From Tubiluchus corallicola (Eukaryota > Animalia > Priapulida): a DNA stretch of 27,810 nucleotides. Position numbers and translations under genes: made by a program. The number at the start of each line of letters is the position of its first letter. Within the stretch, counting starts at the first letter, position 1. Positions 12,242 through 22,499 of the stretch are shown here, piece after piece. A model generated the notes under the pieces. The model searched no databases. It saw only the letters and a program-made list of their open reading frames with translations, and was not told where the DNA came from. The stretch is taken from contig JAQGDQ010001728.1 in assembly GCA_030141605.1 (NCBI GenBank), positions 1 to 27,810 of the forward strand, read 5' to 3'.

Positions 12242-12810
12242 CTGATGCAAATGTCATTGTTCAATATTAAGAAGAATCCTACACTTCTAATGTAACGTAC
12301 TTCAGAAGTATGTATGTATGTAGACTAAAATACAAGCGCTTTGCAGTATGACAGTGCTAAGACACTTCTATTGATTACCAATAGGCTAACTAGGCTATAG
12401 CCTAAGGCGCCAAAGTTTGAACGGTGTAACATTTTAGAAAAAATTCTTATTCGCCCCAGAAAAGGGCACATTTCATAGCACACCACAGGCAGTTACTGAC
12501 TGCAGCTTATATAGGTGCCGCATAACGAACAGGTGCAAGATATTACACAACAAGCAGTTACTCAGCTTGTTTGACTATATCTAATTAACGCGAATACATG
12601 TAATTAATAATTGCTACGTACAAACTAGGTTAGAGGTGTTTCTAATACACCACAAGTAATTGTTTAATCTCATCGTTACATAAAGAAATTTGCAAAAGAA
12701 ACAGACGGGTAGAAATATCAGTCTAGGGCGTCGTAAAGTCTTGATACGCTCCTGATCGTCATCATCAACATCATCATTATCATCACTTAAATATTGCTAG
12801 TAAATTTTAC

Positions 12811-13009
12811 TTTTGTGAGAGCTCCAGATTCTTATACAAGAGCCACATACGTATCGGCCCGTTCCAAACACGCTCTGCTCTTTATGCGCATCTTCACACA
12901 TTCTTGGGTGCAGACTTCGACTTGCCATTGCATCTTTTATGAGCTGGTCAACGTCTTCGTCTTCAGATATCTCCAAACCTTTAAATTTGTCACTAAGATT
13001 GTCTGCCAT
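12811..13009 (-). CDS. 3CxxC zinc-finger protein, exon 1
   Basis: aagATGg start; MADNLSDKFKGLEISEDEDVDQLIKDAMASRSLHPRMCEDAHKEQSVFGTGRYVCGSCIRIWSSHK; G-x-Y-x-CxxC-x-R-x-W-S-S is the first 3CxxC motif; phase-1 donor GTaaaa at 12810. Confidence 0.88.
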
Positions 13010-14055
13010 CTTTCCGTATAATAGGAAAAGAACGTTACAATAAAAACACACTTCTCGAGACAAACTATGCAACAATAATCACCAAATTTGCACCTCACAA
13101 CAGCACCAGTAGCTTATTATTCATGTAGTTCCGAAGAATTTTTGAACAGATGGGTAGCAATACAAATTTATGACAATACGCAAAGACGCTAGCATTAGCG
13201 AAATCTAATACATTCTACGAACTTCAACATATCTGAACACTTTCGACACTTTGACCTACGCGCCTAGAATATTGTTTACTCAGACGATTCATTGTAAACA
13301 GAAATAACTAATGTACTTTCGACATTTAAAATGACTCACAAATGTAATAATGATTCACAACTAGTGCAAAGAATTTAGGTCATTCTCTTAGATTTGTTCA
13401 AATAGTACGAAAGTTTTAAATCAACGTGTAAAAACGACTCCATCAAACGATTAAAAATGTAAAATTTTTAAAAAATTATGTAATGAGATATGTGTTATGT
13501 TAGTTTTTTAATGTCCACTGTATAAATAGTGTAAATGTAATGAGTGAAATTTATGTAATGTAAAGCATGTTTCTGTTAATTGTGTCATGTCTAATGTATA
13601 TGTAGTGTAAAATATGTCATGCAAAATTTAATGTACTTTTGTAATATTGTTTTGTAAAAATATTTTAATATGGTGACTGTAAATATGTTCATTTATTGTA
13701 TATAATTAGGCCTTAGTTTTGCATTTTAGTTTTTTTTTAGTCTGCACTGGACGCATTTGTCTTGAACAGTGTTGTTGTCTTAACATTACACTGAGGCTTA
13801 CTCAATTTTATTGTAATGATTGAACCATTTTAATGACAAATAAAGAATTAATAATAAAAATGATAATAAAAAAGTAAAATTCTATGCCAGAAAAATTTCG
13901 TGTCACTATTGTTAAAACATACTGTAAGTGCTGTATATGCCCACCATGTGTCCACTCAATGTGTCCACTCTATTCGTCTCTAAACCATACGAAGGCATTT
14001 CTTTGAACTACTGACACCATTTCTCACTTTGTAAAGTCTTCTATAAGGTAAAATA

Positions 14056-14130
14056 CAGTAAGTCCTCGCTTAACGACGCTAATGCTTTCTAGCAAAATGC
14101 GACGTTAAGCGAAACGTCGTTAAGTGAAGC
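14056..14130 (+). mobile_element. Left end of a pogo/Tigger-type DNA transposon
   Basis: TA|CAGTAAGTCCTCGCTTAACGACG with internal inverted cgttaagcga / gtcgttaag subrepeats, typical of Tigger termini. Matching right TIR not found. Confidence 0.55.
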
Positions 14131-14295
14131 CAAGACGTTTGGGCTTTCAAAACCAAATAGACATTCGAAGCCTCGATTAATAAATTTTCCCCAAAAACAT
14201 GTCAGTCTATCTAAACTACAAAAAGTTTATACCAATAACCAAAAGATCAATAATTATACATATATTAGCAATTTTTACACTACTGCTTTGCAGTT

Positions 14296-14669
14296 GGTTG
14301 GCATCCTTCTGTCCCTGAAGATAATGGAGTGTGAGCCAAGAGAGTCAGTTATTGATCACATTGATGGAGCTGCAGCGTCGACTGTGGCTGAGCAAGGCGA
14401 TCCTTGAACGTCTCCAGGGCACACGCCTGGACAAGGTGTATGGAGATCATGAGTTGCCCAGACCGCAGGAACCCCCTCTCTTCCTCCCTGGTGTAGTCTA
14501 AAGGAAAGCGGAGCAATACGTTTGGCACCAGGTTGGCTGCAGGAGCTGCCGGGAGTCAGTGAACATGCTGCACTGGTCCGCCTTCGGGGCTTCACTCCTG
14601 ATTTGGAAGGTTTACTCCTCTACACATGGCCGTTGGGTCACATGACCTCCTCCGCCCTCTAGCCGTTGG
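14296..14669 (+). mobile_element. GC-rich SINE-like insertion, possibly derived from an RTE 5' UTR
   Basis: Sharp GC rise bounded by near-identical direct repeats ctgctttgcagtt (14283-14295) and ctgcttatgcagtt (14670-14683). Family resemblance is from memory only. Confidence 0.5.
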
Positions 14670-15157
14670 CTGCTTATGCAGTTCCTCCACCTAGTGTCGA
14701 GATACAGTGTGGGCATCCCGCAAGCCTTCAGAACGGGTGTTTTCAATAATTTGCAGTAATTTTTAACTACTTTGTAAACTTACTAAATAAGTAATTTTTA
14801 AAGTAATAAAGTAATACGTAGTGAATAATACATACATATTTCCCTCAAATCATGAGCTTTCAAAACGACAATATTTTAACGCATTATTAATTCCCTTGTG
14901 TTAACAAAATTTAGTTCACTCAACAAGATCAGGCCTGATCGTGTGTTCAGGCCAAAAAATCGCCGTAGGATGGCCAAAGCATACAACAAGAGGAGGCTGT
15001 TAAGTATGCTAAATTTCCAGCACAAAGGGCCATTTGGTCCCAGCATGCATTGCCTTTAGTCCTCTACACCAAACGGCTTCGAAAGGCCGTAGTACATTGT
15101 CTCTTTAAAGCAAAACCAGGACCCAACCTTAGACTGCAGGTCAAAACAATCCCTTCT

Positions 15158-15923
15158 TTAAAATATTGAAATGAAACATACTATTCTCCTACACCTGTCC
15201 TCACATTTGCATCGACAACTGATAGATTTTGGATGCTTGTATCCGGGACAAAACTTTTCACTGCAATACCTCTGACAATTCCTCACCTGCTTATGCCAGC
15301 CGCGCTTTGATCTCCTAGTACAATTATATCTACACTCCGATTCACACTTTCGATAAATTTCACATTTTTTTTATCAGTTCCGGGGGTTGGCGTTTTTTTA
15401 CTCTCTTTAATGTTCTTTTTGCCCTCACATTTTGCAATTCGGGGTTTGAGTTTTTCTGATGAACAGGACTAATATTTTCAAATACTTTCAAGCTAACTGA
15501 TGCAATGTTACATCTCACTCGTGTCTCGTTATTGTAGAGAACCGCTGCAAGGCAGGTGCTTTTTCCAGTTGGCTTTTCTGTAGGTTCCATTATTTTTATG
15601 CTACAGTCCTTTATTTCGTTCAATGTTACATATCTTACAGACTCTAAGTTGACTTCAGGCTGTTCCACTAAGTAATGTTTAGTGCAGTCTTGCTTGCAGA
15701 TTGTTTCTGAGCCAATAGAACACATTTCATCCAAATCATAATCTGAGAATATTCCTGTGTTAATTTTAAACTCTCGTTGAAAACTGTCAACTGGACGAGC
15801 AAAATCGCAAACATCAGAACTGTTTGAATAGAATATTTCAAATCCCCAAGTTTCAATGGAAAATAGGAGAAAGTTTAGCGATATTATTGCATTAATGCAT
15901 CTACAGGTTAGTAAAAACCACAT
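15158..15923 (-). pseudogene. Secreted precursor with Cys-containing N-terminal domain, basic processing sites and cationic Cys-rich C-terminal domain; one frameshift in an A8 run (pseudogene or homopolymer error)
   Basis: acaacaATG context and signal-peptide-like N-terminus; RAKR, KR and KKR sites. Removing one A at 15365-15372 extends the 187-aa ORF with CEIYRKCESECRYNCTRRSKRGWHKQVRNCQRYCSEKFCPGYKHPKSISCRCKCEDRCRRIVCFISIF*. Confidence 0.6.
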
Positions 15924-15973
15924 TGTTGTAACAGACGATTCAGAAGTTTCTCTAAATTAACTATTATATTCTC

Positions 15974-15980
15974 ATTTATA
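15974..15980 (-). promoter_or_regulatory. Candidate TATA box
   Basis: TATAAAT ~50 bp upstream of the ATG at 15923; the AT-rich background makes a chance match possible. Confidence 0.35.
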
Positions 15981-16443
15981 AGCACTTTAGACTTTGGAAT
16001 TACAAATTTAATTTACAGCATCTTTTTTGTTCGTTGCTAAACAGTAAGATTCAGAAATGCGGATTGTTTTCTTAATGGAATAAACTTGAAAACAATGCTA
16101 AACATGTTTGTTCTGTCTTCATTGTTTTCAAGAAGTTCCCAGGTTTGCTGCAATGAATAATCATACAGGTGGCCAATTTTGATCGAAATGCTTTGGACAA
16201 TGAATTTCGAATTATCAAGAAATTGACGATACCCAACAATGTAAATAGTTTTAACTTTCTAGAATTATCTATCTAGATGTTTAAACATACTTGCTTATAA
16301 AAACAACAATCTAAATGTGGAAATAAACAAAATGATGGGAAAATTAACAGAAAATTTTGTTAATCGAAAAGTGGGGATTAATATTTACAAGAGATCAGTG
16401 TTTGAAATAACAAGACATCTTTGAAAATCATAAAGCACATTTA

Positions 16444-18710
16444 TTACAGCGATAGTTTCAACACGTGAAGTTCAAAATTACGCAACATGTAATTAAAAGT
16501 TAAATATTTAGCCAGAAGGAGCAGATGCCACGCTACCAATTGAACAGAATTTCCAGATTTGACCGGCATTGTGTGCGCAACTTTCATCATTGAACAATTA
16601 AAATCCGTTAGCTTTAAGTCTTCATGATTTACTCTTGGTATCCAGCAATCTACAAAAGAGTATTTCCATTTCACCTCTATCATCCAAACAGCATCACAGT
16701 CACAAATGAGTCTGCTTCCTAACAGTTGGAAAGACACATTCTCGGGTTTAACTTTTCTGTATAAGGTAGGCATAGACATGCTCTGTATTTTTGAACCTAC
16801 AAACGAGATTTGAGTGATGTTACGATTATATCTGAGATCCAGATTTGCCACCGACAACTGCTCGACAAGAAAGAAGTTGACTTCAAAATGCCTACATAAT
16901 AAAATGCTTTTGGATCAATTGACACAAGGAAAGGATTATCATCCACCACAAAATGTTCTATAAAACCATATCGTATGTCATTTTGCACTAGAGTTGTTAT
17001 AGCTGATTGTCGTAGCACCAGTTTTGTGACTTTTCTTTCTTCCAGTAGCCATCTAGGAAGCCGACTGTCTTCGTAATTGAAGATAACTAAGCCATAGATG
17101 GATGTTTTAATCTCTGCTGCTATCTGCCGCATCACAACGTGGTCAATTCTTCCAAACTGGCCGCAGTGAAGTTCACAAGGATCTTCAGAGAATACGGTGC
17201 AACTGCTCACACTGATACTGCACGTTTCGCTTGGAGGTCTTGCAGTTGCTGTAGGTGGCTGATCGCATTCAATCATATCAATATTCATCTTTGAATGAGG
17301 TATTTTAGGTTCATAACAATCAACTCGTCTGTAAACCCAGTTAACTCGAAACATCTAATACATGTTACAGTCACAAATCAGCCTGCTTCCCAAGAGAGCA
17401 AAATGTAAGTTTCCAGGATTGACATCTAGGTGCAGGAAAGGCTTTGACATCCGCTCGATTTTTGATCCCTGAGTGAAGATGATGGAATTTATCAAGGGAC
17501 TATTCCACAAATCCAGATTAGCTGTTTCCAATGCTTCACAAGCAATGAAGGTCACTGCTTTCAACTCCTTTAACCCATAGAAAGCATTGCGATGTACTTC
17601 CTTTAATTCTTTGCTATAGTTCATGGTGAAGTATTCAAGGCTTGGTGGCAGATCATTCCTAGATAGATTAACAAATGCAGATTTTTCAAATATTAAAGCT
17701 GCTACGTTTTTTTTTGGTCAAGAAACTTGTTTGGCAGCTTTTCGTCTTTGTAAAAATAAATTTTTAATTCTGATGGGACGTCTGTAATATGATTTACAAT
17801 TTTTACCAATCTCCTGGAATTCATCTTGCTATCAGAGATTTTCGAAATGTCTGCGTCACCACAAACCAGTTTACAGGGAAATAGTGAAAGGGCAACACAA
17901 GTTCTTTTCTCAAAACTGCATTGTTGTCCAGGTGGGTAAATGTCTGCAATAGTTAATTCAGTCGTACTAATTAACCCACTTTCCTTTAGTTTTGCATTTG
18001 GAATATGTTCACAGTCCACTTCCGATTTTTCCCGAAATTCAGCTATCCACGTCATCCGGCAATCACAGATTAAAGGATTTTTCAAGAAGAAAAGGCCTAA
18101 GTCGTGGGAACCGCTTAAATGAAACTTTGGCCTGTCCAATGTGGTGATATTCGAGTTTTCTATCTGTAAACACTCCAGTTTCTCCAGCTGGTCAAGCGAC
18201 AATTTCAGCTCGTCAATGTCCGACAATTTCTAATCAGAATTTCGTGCAAATTTAATAAGTTATTAATGCATCCTGGTTGATACGTGTCAACTCTTCAAAA
18301 TTGATGATTCTCACTTTTTCGACAAGTGATGCACGTAGGAAGTATTTTCTAATTTCTTGGAGTTTTTTAAACTTAATCAGAACCACACTGAAAAGCTCGA
18401 AACCTTCCAAAAACTTCTCAGGCAGTTCAGCATATTCCAGATGTTTCAGAACAAAGATATCTGTTATTGGAGCATTATTCTTTTTAATCTTACTCCTCAG
18501 CTTCTGCCACAACGTTTCGTTGTAATTTTCATCTGCAAACGAGCACTCGACTCGATATTGGTTACCTTCAGGTCTTTCGAGGGCGCATCTCTTACAGCCT
18601 GGAAAAAACTCCGTCCAAATCGGACCGATTTGCGATTTTGCATTTCCAATGTTAAGAATAAGAATCACAACAAAAAGAAAAGATTGGATTATGAATCGCT
18701 GGTAGTTCAT
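16444..18710 (-). pseudogene. Intronless secreted/cell-surface protein with three tandem Cys-capped LRR modules, disrupted
   Basis: Signal peptide MNYQRFIIQSFLFVVILILNIGNAKS; three LRRCT caps (NPLICDCRMTW, SRLICDCNMY*, SRLICDCDAVW); repeated N-caps PP-x3-CS-x5-C-x6-PC-x-L-x-CG; hydrophobic C-terminal tail. Frameshifts near 18270, 18215, 17710 and 16880, plus an in-frame TAG at 17355-17357. Confidence 0.85.
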
Positions 18711-18789
18711 TGCATGTAATTCAGAAAACGTGAATATCTTGGCGTAACATGAAATAAACTAGCAACGGCCTAATGGTTGCACAAATGTA

Positions 18790-18797
18790 TGACGTCA
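18790..18797. promoter_or_regulatory. Canonical CRE palindrome TGACGTCA upstream of the LRR gene
   Basis: Exact match ~80 bp upstream of ATG 18710; function untested. Confidence 0.3.
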
Positions 18798-19025
18798 CAG
18801 TAACATACGTAATCACATTGTATACTCACTTAACCTCCCATTCCTGATAATGTTTGATTATCATTAGACGCTCTACTTGTGAACAGTTTGAGCAAATCTG
18901 ACAGATCAAATTTTCCTTAATGTCTGAATGTGTATCTGTAACGTCTCGTATATGAATAGCAGAACATGTAGTCGAAACCAAAGCATTCTTGAAAATAGTT
19001 AAAGACTTAATAATAATTATTATTA

Positions 19026-19885
19026 TCTATACTCTTATATTAATATTCTTGGTATGGGCTTAATTTATTTATATATATATAACATTCGAGGCTACAGCCT
19101 GGACGAGGCCACCATTTGCGGAGATCAAATCAAATGGATCTCTATATCAAAAGAAAGGTCTCGATCTAGTGTCGTGCCATTGATGGTTTATTTTTCGAAT
19201 CGGGCCCACCGGGAGGGAGGGGGGGGGCGAAAAACCTCCCAAAATGGCCGTTTTTCGGCCGTTTTTTGCAAAAGTTATACGGCTGAGATGTAGAGAACGG
19301 GAACGGGCCGAGGGGGGTACTGGGTATGGATAGATAGCCCGTTCAGCGGTGGGTGTAGTAGGCATATTTAGAATTTGCGAAAGGGCCACGGGGTGCCGCA
19401 ACGGGCGTTTTCCCGGACACAACTCGCGATTTTTTCGAAATTTTGACCAAACAGCATGCGGGAAAAACGTTCTAGCGTCGCCCGGTGGGACTCTAGGAAG
19501 GAGATATGGGGCTCTTTACAAAGAGGAAGGACGGTGCTATACGATGATGTGGGTTATATTTTAGGGCAGGTCCACCGAGAGGAGTATCGACGAGTTAATT
19601 AGGTGTTCAAATTTCGATAATTTTCGCTTAGAAAACCGTGGTGGCCGCATTCCATTGTGCTGACGTCATCCATTGTACTCTGTCTTTAAGTTTAATTCAG
19701 CAAAAAGCTGCCTGGGAGTGCGAAATATATCACAATTAGAACCCTAGTGTGTACTCTAAGGGCAGCGTTCAAGGCTAATCCTGTTTCGCAGCAAACATTT
19801 TTATAGTGTGTACTCTAAGGGCAGCGTTGCAAGGCTAATCCTGTTTTGCAGTGCGAGTGCGAAATATATCAATTATAATCCTAGT
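19026..19885 (+). mobile_element. Putative non-autonomous Helitron-like element
   Basis: A|TCTATACTCTTATAT start, GC/CpG-rich non-coding body, and a duplicated gagtgcgaaatatatca...cCTAG|T end (19744 and 19881). The terminal hairpin is weak. Confidence 0.3.
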
Positions 19886-20088
19886 GTATATCCGTTCAAA
19901 ACGATTTTATTTGATTGAATATTAACCACTAAACGGTTAAAACTAAGTTTTATTTGACATATGCGATGTGTATATTATTGTTAAAAAGTATTGTGTTTGA
20001 ATTTATGTTTAAAAGTAAATTTTAATAATTAGGGGAAAGTTGAATTTGCAAAATCAGAATTTTCTTTCGGATAAATTTTGTGGCCCTG

Positions 20089-20277
20089 AAACTCCAACCT
20101 CAACCCCGACTGTAACCCCAATCCCAAACACGACCCCGACCATGACAGACTAACCGTAACCCTAACTGTAACCCTAACCCTAACTGTAGCCCTAGCCCTA
20201 ACCTTAACCCTAAACCCCAACCCTACCCCAACCCAAAACTCCAACCCCAACCTCGATTGTAACCCCAATCCCAAACA
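20089..20277. repeat. Degenerate (CCCTAA)-like tract flanked by a 42-bp direct repeat
   Basis: ctaaccgtaaccctaactgtaaccctaaccctaa... between two copies of aaactccaaccYcaaccYcgaYtgtaaccccaatcccaaaca (20089, 20236). Confidence 0.8.
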
Positions 20278-20515
20278 TGACAAATAAATTTTATACAATG
20301 AAAGATAATCACAAATAACAAACGTTTACGCAGGAACAGAATCTATTCTCCAAATGTTTCATTTTTTGTATTTAATACGCATGGAGTTCAGTGTGTCATG
20401 TGTGCAGCTGAGAATATTCAATGTGAATTTACATGCACGAGATTTGTTATTCTGATTAGAATATTCACTTGTGCTCTTATCAATGAGGATTCCTTTTTAC
20501 TCTATTAACAACATT

Positions 20516-20922
20516 TTTCTTCTTCTTCTTCTTCTTCTTCTTCTTCTTCCCAGCTTATCCCTATGCCGGGTCGCCATTGTGAATAAGTCTTCTCCACGCA
20601 TTCCTGTTGTTGACCATCTCTTCATTTATGTTCTTCTCTCTAAGGTCTCCGTTTATGCATTCAAACCATCTCAGCTCGGGTCGTCCTCTTCTTCTATTTC
20701 CCATCACTTCCATTTCCATGACCTCCCTTCCCACGTGATCTTCCCCGACTCTTCTTTTCAGGTGCCCATACCATCGCAATCTTGCCTCTTGTATCTTTTT
20801 CGAGGCTTCCACTACTTTCACTGTTCCTCTAATATTACTATTCCTAATTTTATCCCTTCTTGTTATTCCCACCATCCATCTCAACATCCTCATCTCCGCC
20901 ACATCCATTTTCTTGTCTTCTT
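20516..20922 (-). mobile_element. Young 5'-truncated RTE-clade LINE with (GAA)n tail and 16-bp TSD
   Basis: Uninterrupted ORF end AEMRMLRWMVGITRRDKIRN...RLRWYGHLKRR...RRRGRPELRW...W; perfect TSD ctctattaacaacatt at 20500-20515 and 20923-20938. Confidence 0.93.
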
Positions 20923-21309
20923 CTCTATTAACAACATTGTTAACACAATTTCACATATTGATTCGTTTTTGGAAGCAGTAAAGAATTTCATCATTATGCA
21001 TCATCATTAACATCATAATTATCGTCATTATTATCATCATCATCACCTTAGTTAATATTACTAGATTTTCCACAGGGAAAGTTAGCACTAGACTGATGAA
21101 ACGTGCGTTGAAGAACTAAACGAACGTCACCCGTTCTGATGCTGATGCCGACAGATTGGAAGAAATTAGAAGAAATCGATTTTGTTTGTAAGGAGAACCG
21201 ATTGGAGATCGGCGATCGGATAAATTTGAATAAAGAAACTCCGGAAAAACTGAGCAGTTCTTTTCTAATTCAGGGTGGCAAACACAACGTCACAAAGCAA
21301 GAAGCTTAA

Positions 21310-21769
21310 CCCTTTCATACCCGTTGTATCCCGTGGGATACGAGAATATTTTCTGCCTTTAAAATTAATAAAAATTTTAAAACTGACATTTATTTGATCT
21401 GTTAATAGTTATTTTGATTTAAGCCAATAACAACAGACTAAAAATGATGATAAAATGGCAAACTAGAAAATCTACATAGCATAAAAAACTGCGCAAGGTA
21501 CAGTACTTTAGAGACGACTTTGTACAGATCAGCATAGCATGCATACTAAATGTCTTAAATACTTTAAAAAATTATCAGCAGTTGCAAAATGAAGCACATT
21601 TTATGCTTCCATTGAATCCCAATGTATCCCGTGGGATACAGGCTATATTTAGCACGCGGGCAAAGGTAGAAAAAAATAATTATTATGTGTAAACAAGATG
21701 GACATACTGAACAAATGTACCAAATCAAAAAAAAATTCTTATTAAAAAAATAATTTGGGACTGAAAGGA
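21310..21769. mobile_element. piggyBac-type non-autonomous element (MITE)
   Basis: TTAA|ccctttcataccc ... gggactgaaagga|TTAA imperfect TIRs with TTAA on both sides; palindrome gtatcccgtgggatac at 21326 and 21624. Confidence 0.75.
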
Positions 21770-21929
21770 TTAAATTACGGAGAAAGAGGACATTGGTAGA
21801 AAGGCGTGTAAGGGAAAATGTACAAACAATTATTGTTTTTTACTGCTGCAACGAAAAAACCACTGATATCAACTGAAATTTGGTGACACATACAGCATAC
21901 ATCGACAAAAAATTCAGTGTGAAATAAAA

Positions 21930-22282
21930 ATCTCAGATTTTGTCCAACAGTAGCAGATCAAAATCCCCATCGAATCTCAGACTTTGTCCAACAGTAGCAG
22001 ATCAAAATCCCCATCGAATCTCAGACTTTGTCAAAACAGTAGCAGATCAAAATCCCCATCGAATCTCAGACTTTGTCCAACAGTAGCAGATCAAAATCCC
22101 CATCGAATCTCAGACTTTGTCCAACAGTAGCAGATCAAAATCCCCATCGAATCTCAGACTTTGTCCAACAGTAGCAGATCAAAATCCCCATCGAATCTCA
22201 GACTTTGTCCAACAGTAGCAGATCAAAATCCCCATCGAATCTCAGACTTTGTCCAACAGTAGCAGATCAAAATCCCCATCGA
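21930..22282. repeat. 44-bp tandem array, 8 copies
   Basis: Unit atctcagactttgtccaacagtagcagatcaaaatccccatcga; span 353 bp = 8x44+1. Confidence 0.98.
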
Positions 22283-22499
22283 AGGACAGAAAATGTAGGA
22301 ACTTTTCAGAAAAAAACGCCGCCCTGTGGCAGATTCTGACAACGTTGTGAAGCCAATCTTGCATGGCTTCTTCTTGTCTGTTACTGTGGTTCACGTTGTC
22401 GCCGCTAGAGTCGCTGCTTAAAGCTCTTGTGCGAGATATCAAGAACTGCATCACAGACATGTCCTCCGAAAGCTGGTCACTTAGTAACCTTTTGTTGAT
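22242..22499 (-). CDS. Probable terminal exon of an uncharacterised protein
   Basis: Acceptor atgcttgcAG, phase 0; 85 open codons INKRLLSDQLSEDMSVMQFL...AMQDWLHNVVRICHRAAFFSEKFLHFLSFDGDFDLLLLDKV*. Confidence 0.55.
   Translation of the reverse strand: MNKRLLSDQLSEDMSVMQFLISRTRALSSDSSGDNVNHSNRQEEAMQDWLHNVVRICHRAAFFSEKFLHFLSFDGDFDLLLLDKV

Noticed and set aside
15360-15362. Selenocysteine or read-through TGA
   Set aside because: The downstream Cys-rich sequence is in a different frame, and in-frame read-through hits another TGA after five codons; an indel in the A8 run explains it better.
20150-20235. True telomere or fusion site
   Set aside because: Short, degenerate, single orientation and embedded in TE-like direct repeats.
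20471-21010. 179-aa plus-strand ORF with poly-Leu signal-like start
   Set aside because: It is the antisense of the RTE fragment; the poly-Leu is the (CTT)n tail.
21093-21135. Hammerhead ribozyme (CTGATGA-stem-GAA)
   Set aside because: The core reads GAAG rather than GAAA, and no convincing stems I/III or cleavage triplet could be built.
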